Shown here: positions 55,916 through 64,000 of the stretch, piece by piece
Layout of the letters: the number at the start of each line of letters is the position of its first letter
Numbering within the stretch: position 1 is the stretch's first letter
The notes under the pieces: model-generated
Databases searched by the model: none
What the model was told of the DNA's origin: nothing
Seen by the model: only the letters and a program-made list of their open reading frames with translations
Assembly: GCA_900542155.1 (NCBI GenBank)
Contig: UQMD01000003.1
Span: forward strand, 88,099-152,098
DNA: 64,000 nucleotides
Reading direction: 5' to 3'
Source of the DNA: an uncultured Collinsella sp.
Lineage (GTDB): Bacteria > Actinomycetota > Coriobacteriia > Coriobacteriales > Coriobacteriaceae
Made by a program: the position numbers and the translations under genes

Positions 55916-56875
55916 TTATTTATCCTGCTCCAGCAGATCGGACGGTGTGCGATCGGGCTTGCCGCCGCGGAAAATCTCGCGGCCATGCAGACGATGCTCC
56001 AGGTCACGTTCGGCCTTTTCCTCGTCAATCTTGGTCTGGCTTACCGCCGGGTCCTCAATCAGCGACGACACCGAGTTCACCTGCTTTTGGATGCGCTCGG
56101 CAATCGTGTCGTCCATGCTCACGATACGCATCTTCCAGTCGATGCTCGTGGCATTTGACGAGCTCTTGGTCCACACAAACGTCAGAATGGCACTCTGATG
56201 GCCCCGTGCGGGAAACATGCCAAAGAAAGAGTCGTGCTGGATCTTGCTGTCTTCGTCGATATAGGCGTGCACGTTATACACCACGCGGTCGATCTTATCG
56301 TTGAGCAACGCATTGGTCGCAAGTGCCGCAGCCTGAATCTGCCCGTTGGACAGCAGCTCGAGCTCGTTGGCAGACGACGTGTCCAACACCGTTACCTCGA
56401 CCGTGCCCGTACGTTCATCGGCTTCATCGACGGTAAAGTCGAGCGGGAACTGCGTAAAGCCGTTGCCCCACTCAAGGCCGCCCTTCAGTGCCGTGGAAAC
56501 GGTATCCACCGAAACGCTCTCGGACAGGTTGGCAGTGTTCAGGCGGCGCATCACGCCGTAGCCAATCTGCATTCCCACGATCAACACCAGAATGCCGATA
56601 ACTACGGCCATGGCAGTCTTCGTAATGGTATGGCTCACCCGCGAACCCGAAGGGTCATCCTCGGACAGCGGGTCGATATGTTTTGCCTGGCTCGCGCGGT
56701 CCTCGCTGCGCAGGCGTGCCAGCGCAGTCTTGTCACCGCGCTTGGCCGCAGCCTCTTTTTCGCGCATGCGCTCGGTGCGCTTTTTGGCAAGCGTCGGATC
56801 CAAGACACCGGATGCGTCGATTTCGGAGAATAACTCCGTCACTTCTTCCGGAGTCAAAGGGTTCTTATCAGCCAT
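55916..56875 (-). CDS. Membrane-anchored hypothetical protein (N-terminal charged cytoplasmic region, one transmembrane helix, extracytoplasmic domain)
   Basis: The transmembrane helix is AMAVVIGILVLIVGMQIGYGV. No recognisable catalytic motif is present. Confidence 0.65.
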   Translation of the reverse strand: MADKNPLTPEEVTELFSEIDASGVLDPTLAKKRTERMREKEAAAKRGDKTALARLRSEDRASQAKHIDPLSEDDPSGSRVSHTITKTAMAVVIGILVLIVGMQIGYGVMRRLNTANLSESVSVDTVSTALKGGLEWGNGFTQFPLDFTVDEADERTGTVEVTVLDTSSANELELLSNGQIQAAALATNALLNDKIDRVVYNVHAYIDEDSKIQHDSFFGMFPARGHQSAILTFVWTKSSSNATSIDWKMRIVSMDDTIAERIQKQVNSVSSLIEDPAVSQTKIDEEKAERDLEHRLHGREIFRGGKPDRTPSDLLEQDK

Positions 56876-56894
56876 AAACTTCCTGTCATATCAA

Positions 56895-58664
56895 TCAGTC
56901 GAGCTCGTGCGCACGCGCACCTTCGAACTGCATTCGATAGTAACGGGCATAGGTGCCGCCACGGGCGAGAAGCTCCTCGTGCGTGCCACGTTCCACAACG
57001 CGACCATGCTCGACGGTCGCAATCTCGTCGGCATGCTTAATGGTCGAGAGGCGGTGGGCAATGATAATCGTGGTGCGCCCGCGCGCCAAGCGCTCGAGCG
57101 ACTCCTGCACCGCCTCCTCGCTCTCGTTATCCAGAGCACTCGTCGCCTCATCCAAAATAAGAATCTTGGGATTCTTGAGGAACACTCGCGCAATGGCGAC
57201 GCGCTGCTTTTGACCGCCCGAAAGACGGCTGCCGCGCTCGCCCACCACGGTGTCATAGCCCTGCGGCAGCGATTCAATGAAGGTATCGATATTGGCGCGG
57301 CGGGCGGCCTCGGCGACCTCTTCTGCCGTGGCGCCCGGCTTGCCGTAGGCGATATTCTCGCCAATCGTACCGTCAAACAGGTAAACGTCCTGCTGCACCA
57401 GGCCAATAGCGCGGCGCAGGCTCTGTTGCGTCACGTCGCGCACGTCTTGGCCGTCGATGCTGACGGATCCAGCAGCTACGTCATAAAAGCGCGGCAGCAG
57501 CGAACACGTTGTGGACTTGCCACCGCCCGAGGGGCCGACCAGGGCAATGGTCTGGCCGGGCTTGATGGACAGATCCATATGGTCAATCACGGGACGAGCC
57601 TCTTCGCCGCCACCCAACTCAACATCCTCGTAGCTAAAGCACACGTCGCGATATTCAACCGCGCCCGCCGTCACCTGCAGGTCCGCGGCATCCGGCTTGT
57701 CCTGGATATCCGGGGCGGTCGAAAGCACCTCGTCCATGCGCTTAAAGCCGGCAATGGCCTTCTGATACGTCTCAGCCGAGTTCACAAGCGTCTCGAGCGG
57801 GGTGCAGAACAGCGAAATGTAGAGCGCGAAGGTTGCCATATCGACCGCCTGCAGTTGGCCTTGCGCCACCAGCCAACCACCCAGCAGCACCACGATCACG
57901 TACAACACGCCCGAGAGCAGGCCATACGTCGCAGTGTAGACGCCCATGGCGTGATACATATTCTCCTTGGACGAAAGATAGCGGTCGTTAGAGGCACGGA
58001 ACTTGGAACGCTCAGCTTCCTCGTTCGCAAAACTCTTGACCACGCGCATGCCTGCCAGCGAATCCTGCAGCTGAGCATTAATACCGCTGATCTTTTTGCG
58101 GTTGTCGCTAAAGACCTCGCGCATGCGCATGTTCTGCCAAAACATGATGACCGCAAACGCCGCCGTCACCACGGCCATGGCAAGAGCCAGCGCCGGGGCA
58201 ATAGCAAAGAGGATCACAAACGAGCCGACGATCTCGATGCCGCAGATGATAATCCACTCGGGCACGTGGTGTGCCGCCTCGCAGATATCGAACAGGTCGT
58301 TGACCACGCGGCTCATCATGTCACCCGAGCTGTTGCGATCGAAGTACGCAAAGCTAAAGCGCTCGTACTGATCGAACAGGTCATCGCGCATCTTGGACTC
58401 CATGCGCGCGCCCATCACGTGGCCCCAGTAACTCACAAAGTAGCGACAGGCACAACGGATGGCATACATCAGTACCAGGCCAACCGCGATCATACCAAGC
58501 GCCTGCATGATGGCCGCCTGGGCCTGGGTAAACAGCCCACCGGTCAGATTGCGCAGGATAATGGGAAACGCCAGGTCAATGGCGGCAAGCACCAGGGCGC
58601 AAACAGTATCGGCAACAAAAAGCCCCATCTGGGGCTTGTAATACGACAAAAAACGCTTCAGCAT
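56895..58664 (-). CDS. ABC transporter, fused permease/ATP-binding protein (MsbA/multidrug exporter type)
   Basis: The protein has 6 transmembrane helices followed by an NBD with Walker A GPSGGGKST, the signature LSGGQKQRVAIARVF and Walker B ILILDEATSALD. Confidence 0.9.
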   Translation of the reverse strand: MLKRFLSYYKPQMGLFVADTVCALVLAAIDLAFPIILRNLTGGLFTQAQAAIMQALGMIAVGLVLMYAIRCACRYFVSYWGHVMGARMESKMRDDLFDQYERFSFAYFDRNSSGDMMSRVVNDLFDICEAAHHVPEWIIICGIEIVGSFVILFAIAPALALAMAVVTAAFAVIMFWQNMRMREVFSDNRKKISGINAQLQDSLAGMRVVKSFANEEAERSKFRASNDRYLSSKENMYHAMGVYTATYGLLSGVLYVIVVLLGGWLVAQGQLQAVDMATFALYISLFCTPLETLVNSAETYQKAIAGFKRMDEVLSTAPDIQDKPDAADLQVTAGAVEYRDVCFSYEDVELGGGEEARPVIDHMDLSIKPGQTIALVGPSGGGKSTTCSLLPRFYDVAAGSVSIDGQDVRDVTQQSLRRAIGLVQQDVYLFDGTIGENIAYGKPGATAEEVAEAARRANIDTFIESLPQGYDTVVGERGSRLSGGQKQRVAIARVFLKNPKILILDEATSALDNESEEAVQESLERLARGRTTIIIAHRLSTIKHADEIATVEHGRVVERGTHEELLARGGTYARYYRMQFEGARAHELD

Positions 58665-58746
58665 GTGTCCCTCAAAGAAATATCAGCAACGTAAGGCCCT
58701 GGGACAAAACAATCAGTAGTATTTGTCCCAGGGCTATCCTCACTCG

Positions 58747-59451
58747 TTAAAGCTCCGCGCCCCCAAGGCGATGCGCGATGCTATCGCAGGCCAAGGCGCC
58801 TACGACGGTCTTGGCATCTTCGATCTTGCCATCGAGCACGGCATCGATCAGCTCGTGCAGCGGCACGAGGTCCACGTTGACGAACTCGTCATCATCGGGG
58901 TTGGGCGCATCAAACTCGAGCTTGGTGGCCAGGTAGATATGAATGATCTCGTCGCAGAAGCCGCAGGTCGTGACAATCGACGTCAAAAAACGAATGCGGC
59001 CGGCCCTAAAGCCCGTCTCCTCGTGCAGCTCGCGCTTGGCGCAATCGAGCGGGTCCTCGCCTGGATCGAGCTTGCCGGCGGGAATCTCGACCGTCACGCG
59101 GTCGATGGCGGTGCGGTACTGACGCACCAGCACAATCTTGCCGCTCTCGGTCAGCGCCACAACGGCCGCCGCGCCCGGATGGCGAATGATGTCGCGGGCG
59201 CTACGGTGGCCGTTGGGCAGCTCAACCTCAAGACGGTGGACGTCGAGGATCTTGCCCTTCCAGGCGCACTCCTCCGAAAGAATCTTCTCGTGCAGCTCGG
59301 CATCGTGCGGGTCGTCATCGCCCAGCACCAGCATCGGCTCGTCGACAACCTCGCCACCCGGCTCGCCCTCGGCGTGTCCGTACGCGCGGCTATCTTCTTC
59401 GACGATCTGCGCGTCCACGAGCTCTTCGTTCTTCTCGTCCATCCGTCTCAT
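58747..59451 (-). CDS. NUDIX hydrolase (ADP-ribose pyrophosphatase-like)
   Basis: The Nudix box is ...GKLDPGEDPLDCAKRELHEETGF... (GX5EX7REUXEEXGU). Confidence 0.85.
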   Translation of the reverse strand: MRRMDEKNEELVDAQIVEEDSRAYGHAEGEPGGEVVDEPMLVLGDDDPHDAELHEKILSEECAWKGKILDVHRLEVELPNGHRSARDIIRHPGAAAVVALTESGKIVLVRQYRTAIDRVTVEIPAGKLDPGEDPLDCAKRELHEETGFRAGRIRFLTSIVTTCGFCDEIIHIYLATKLEFDAPNPDDDEFVNVDLVPLHELIDAVLDGKIEDAKTVVGALACDSIAHRLGGAEL

Positions 59452-59463
59452 TCCTCTCGGACT

Positions 59464-60778
59464 TTAGGCATCCCAGGCGTCGCGGCCGCGCAGCGCGCGC
59501 AGGCCGATGTCATGACGCAGAGTCTTGCCCTCAAAATCAATCTTCTCGCAGGCCTCGTAGGCAAGGTTGCGAGCGTTCTCGAACGTGTCGCCCAGCGCGG
59601 TCACGGCAAGCACGCGGCCGCCGTTGGTCACGAGCTGACCGTCCACCACGGCGGTGCCGGCATGGTACACGGTCACGTTCTCCATGGCCTCGGCGTCGGC
59701 GATGCCGGTGATGACTTTGCCCTTCTCATAGCTGCCGGGGTAGCCCGCGCTCGTCAGGACAACAGCCACGGCCCACTCGTCGCGCCAGTCGAGCTCAATC
59801 TGATCAAGCTCGCAGTTGGCACAGGCGAGCATAACCTCGACCAGGTCGTTCTTGAGGCGCGGCAGCACGACCTGCGTCTCGGGGTCGCCAAAGCGGGCAT
59901 TGAACTCCAGCACCTTGGGGCCGGCGGGGGTGAGCATAAAGCCACCGTACAGGCAGCCGCGGTAGTCGATGCCCTCGGCAGCAAGCTCGGCCACGGTCTG
60001 CTCCATGACCGCCACCATGGTGGCGTGCTCCTCGTCGGTCACGATGGGCACCGGGCTGTAAACGCCCATGCCGCCGGTGTTGGGGCCTTTGTCACCCTCG
60101 AGCGCGCGCTTGTGGTCCTGCGAGGTGGCCATGGGGCGCACGGTCTTGCCGTCGGTAAAGGCCAGCAGCGAGCACTCGGGACCAACAAGCATCTCCTCGA
60201 TAACCACGGTGTTGCCGGCATCGCCAAAGGTGCCGCCAAAGCACTCGCGCACGGCCTCCTCGGCCTGCTCGAGTTCAGTCGCCACGATAACGCCCTTGCC
60301 TGCGGCCAGGCCGTCAGCCTTCACGACCAGCGGGGCACCCTGCTCACGCACATAGGCGAGAGCCGAAGCCTCGTCAGTAAACGAGCCATAGGCGGCCGTC
60401 GGAATGCCGGCACGCTCCATGAGCTGCTTGGAGAATAGCTTGGAGCCCTCCATCTGGGCACCCTCGGCACCCGGACCAAAGCAGGGAATACCCGCCGCGC
60501 GCACGGCGTCGGCCACGCCCGCCACGAGCGGAGCCTCGGGGCCAATCACCACGAGTCCGCATCCATGGCTCTGGGCAAACGCCGCCACGGCCGCAGGATC
60601 GCAATCGTCGAGAACCACGTTCTCGCCGCAGCTCGCGGTGCCGCCGTTGCCCGGCGCAATGTAGAGCTTGCCGGCGCGCGGTGATGCTGCGAGCTTAGCT
60701 GCCAAAGCGTGCTCGCGGCCGCCGCTGCCCAACAACAGGATGTCGATGGTTTGAGTGTCCGCCTTCAAGGGTGCCTCC
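59464..60778 (-). CDS. purD: Phosphoribosylamine--glycine ligase
   Basis: The sequence contains ...IDILLLGSGGREHALAAKLAASP... and the full ATP-grasp body. No in-frame ATG sits near the conserved N-terminus. A TTG at 60778 with an upstream GAGGAGG RBS (5-nt spacer) gives (M)KADTQTIDILLLGSGG, a 438-aa protein. The track's ATG at 60936 adds a non-conserved 52 aa. Confidence 0.85.
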
Positions 60779-60886
60779 TCTATGGATGAATGGCTCGCTC
60801 CGCGCGAGCCCTTTGCAAGCAAATATACCCCTCGGCCGCCCGCTTGGGCTGCAAAGGGGTATATCGCAATAACCGAATAGTGCCGA

Positions 60887-62182
<1,296 letters not shown>

Positions 62183-62266
62183 TTACATTCATGGACTGTC
62201 TACGTGCCACGCCGGCACGCAGAAGCACAAAACATTCCCAGTATACCCGTGCAACGGGCGCCTGTC

Positions 62267-63670
62267 CTACTCCTCGGTATGCGCCCCATCAAGCTCATAG
62301 AACTTGGTGGATGCCGGCAGGAACATCAGGTCGACGTCACCGATCGGGCCCGAACGGTTCTTGGCCACGACGATACGCGTAACGCCCTCGTCGGGTCGAT
62401 CGTCACGCGAGGCCTCGGCCTCGTCGGCGGATCGGTCCAAGAACATAACGATATCGGCGTCCTGCTCGATGGAGCCCGATTCACGCAGGTCGGACAGCTG
62501 CGGGCGCTTGCCGGTACGGGATTCAACCTGACGCGACAGCTGCGACAGCGCGATCAGCGGAATCTTGAGCTCCTTGGCCATAATCTTCAGACCTCGCGAC
62601 ATCTCGGAGACCTCGACGGTGCGGCTCTCGGAACGACGTCCCGGCGGAGGACTCACCAGCTGCAGGTAGTCCAGGATGATGATGGCCTTCTCCTTGTTGT
62701 GGAGCATGCGGCGGCTCTTTGCGCGGATCTCAGTCACTGTGGTGCCGGGCGTATCGTCAATCAGAATGTCGAGCTTAGACAAGGTCTGCGTGGCCTCGTT
62801 GATATTGGCCCACTGCTCGGGGCTAATGCGGCCCATGCGGAAGTCACTGATCGAGATCATCGCATAGGCGCAAATCAGACGCTGGGCAATTTCCTTACCC
62901 GACATCTCCAGCGAGAAGAAGCCGACGGTATAACCGGCAGCGGCAGCGTTGAGCGCCAGATTCAGGGCGAACGACGTCTTACCCACAGCAGGGCGAGCGC
63001 CGATAATGATGAGCTGACCCTCGCGGAAACCCATGAGCATGCGGTCGAGCGACGGGAAACCCGTGGGCACGCCCGCAGCCTGGCCGCCGGCCTGGCATAC
63101 TTCCTCGGCCTCGTTATAGGCCTCGACCATAAACTCGGTCAACGTCTTGTAGCTCGACTTAACCTCGCGCGCCGTGACCTTGAGCAGCTTGCTCTCGGCC
63201 AGCTCCACGACCTCCTTGGTGTCGGTGGGGGCGTTATAGGCCAGCGCGTTGATCTCGTTGGTGGCGCCGATCAGCTCACGCAGCATCGAATCGCGACGGA
63301 CGATGGCGGCATGGTGCTGCCAGTTCACGAGCGACAGAGTCTGACCCATCAACTCCAAAATGTAGGCCTCGCCGCCCACGGCATCGAGCTTGTTGATGCT
63401 TCGCAGGTAATCGATCAGCGAGATGGAGTCGATGGGAATGCGGCTGTTGTACATATCGACCATCGCGGTGTAGATGGTCTTATGAATGGGCCGGTAGAAG
63501 TCATCGGGCTGCAGCTCGACCTGGGCCTCCTCGACCACCTCGGGCGATAGCAGCATAGCGGCCAGTACGTTGGCCTCTGCATCTTGGTTTTGAGGGAGAC
63601 CCAACTTGGAGCCGCGGTCCTCAACCGTCAGCCCCGTCTCCCTATCGTCGTATGCCATGAGCATCCTCAT
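62267..63670 (-). CDS. dnaB: Replicative DNA helicase
   Basis: The N-terminal domain is ...LPQNQDAEANVLAAMLLSPEVVEEA.... The RecA-like domain has GARPAVGKTSFALN (Walker A). The start may alternatively be the ATG at 63658 (MAYDD...). Confidence 0.9.
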   Translation of the reverse strand: MRMLMAYDDRETGLTVEDRGSKLGLPQNQDAEANVLAAMLLSPEVVEEAQVELQPDDFYRPIHKTIYTAMVDMYNSRIPIDSISLIDYLRSINKLDAVGGEAYILELMGQTLSLVNWQHHAAIVRRDSMLRELIGATNEINALAYNAPTDTKEVVELAESKLLKVTAREVKSSYKTLTEFMVEAYNEAEEVCQAGGQAAGVPTGFPSLDRMLMGFREGQLIIIGARPAVGKTSFALNLALNAAAAGYTVGFFSLEMSGKEIAQRLICAYAMISISDFRMGRISPEQWANINEATQTLSKLDILIDDTPGTTVTEIRAKSRRMLHNKEKAIIILDYLQLVSPPPGRRSESRTVEVSEMSRGLKIMAKELKIPLIALSQLSRQVESRTGKRPQLSDLRESGSIEQDADIVMFLDRSADEAEASRDDRPDEGVTRIVVAKNRSGPIGDVDLMFLPASTKFYELDGAHTEE

Positions 63671-63810
63671 TCATATCGCTTGCGAGCATCCATAGTATCA
63701 GCCACGGTCCCAAAACGGGCCACGCGCCGCCAATCATCACCGAACGAAACGGATGAACGGTCCCGTATATAGGACTTCGACGCAACGTTCACCATGACAC
63801 TCACTCAGCG

Positions 63811-63852
63811 CAAAAAACAAAAAGGGCGCCCCGGTTTCCCAGAGCGCCCTTC
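63811..63852 (-). terminator. Rho-independent terminator (AAGGGCGC-cccggtttcccaga-GCGCCCTT followed on the minus strand by UUUUUGUUUUUU)
   Basis: It lies 33 nt downstream of the stop of the edge-truncated minus-strand gene. Confidence 0.7.
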
Positions 63853-63884
63853 TTAGAACAAGATTGTTGCGTTGCAGCAAATGC

Positions 63885-64000
63885 TACTCGGCAGCAGCCT
63901 CAGTCTCGACCTCGGCGGTCTCGGCCTCGGCGACCTCAGCGGCCTCCTCGACCTCAGCCTCGGCAGCGAGCTCCTCGGCGGTAACGCCGACGAGAACGAC
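63885..64000 (-). CDS. 3' end of an unidentified gene with an acidic Ala/Glu-rich C-terminal tail (...VVLVGVTAEELAAEAEVEEAAEVAEAETAEVETEAAAE*); it runs off the window end
   Basis: The frame is open from 64000 to a TAG at 63887-63885. It is not in the ORF track because it has no in-window start. Its position upstream of dnaB is typical of rplI or rpsF-neighbourhood genes, but the product cannot be assigned from 38 residues. Confidence 0.5.

Overview
High-GC (about 62-66%) actinobacterial chromosome segment, most plausibly from a Coriobacteriia-type gut anaerobe. The clues are a membrane-anchored LuxR regulator, an LAXTG sortase signal, many zinc-ribbon membrane proteins and a DUF234 'archaeal-type' ATPase. 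Nearly all real genes lie on the minus strand; the long plus-strand ORFs in the supplied track are mostly Arg/Leu/Val/Gly/His-rich antisense artefacts of minus-strand genes.

The ORF track evidently accepts TTG/GTG as 'M' and only lists ORFs with both ends inside the window. I therefore re-placed several starts at ATG codons preceded by GGAGG-like ribosome-binding sites and added two edge-truncated genes it cannot report.

Gene content, left to right:
- a giant secreted BspA-type leucine-rich-repeat protein (over 1590 aa, running off the 5' edge)
- an LAXTG cell-wall-anchored repeat protein
- a multi-pass membrane LuxR regulator
- a polar amino-acid ABC transporter operon (ATPase, TAT-lipoprotein binding protein, two permeases)
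- yqeY/GatB-like, a PrsA/parvulin foldase and a PTS EIIA-2
- a roughly 14 kb lower-GC (about 50-55%) accessory region at about 15.7-30.7 kb (VapC/DinJ through the last zinc-ribbon gene), described below
- purF-purM-purN
- a CmpB-like membrane protein and tRNA-Gln(UUG)
- two paralogous mannose-family PTS operons (IIA-IIB-IIC-IID), each with a GntR/HutC regulator; one IID carries an in-frame amber codon
- deoC, manA and an RmlD-like SDR
- a class B sortase, purE, marR, carAB, an MsbA-like ABC exporter, a NUDIX hydrolase, purD (TTG start), purA and dnaB

The accessory region carries:
- a PIN/DinJ toxin-antitoxin pair
- an SPFH/Band-7 protein with three C-terminal zinc ribbons plus membrane and zinc-ribbon partner genes, reminiscent of B. 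subtilis ydjGHI
- a tRNA-like element
- four paralogous 'N-terminal zinc-ribbon / one transmembrane helix / extracytoplasmic domain' proteins
- a still lower-GC insert encoding a DUF234 ATPase and a zinc-finger/HTH protein

This region is my best candidate for an undescribed system. No integrase, transposase, CRISPR array or rRNA was found.

Non-coding highlights:
- a palindromic repeat family (CCACAAAGG-N9-CCTTTGTGG, three intact copies with compensatory stem changes plus one degenerate copy)
- an 81-bp tandem repeat forming 15-bp-arm hairpins
- a lux-box-like palindrome upstream of the LuxR gene
- 32-bp and 28-bp perfect inverted repeats
- a C10 homopolymer
- candidate GntR operators
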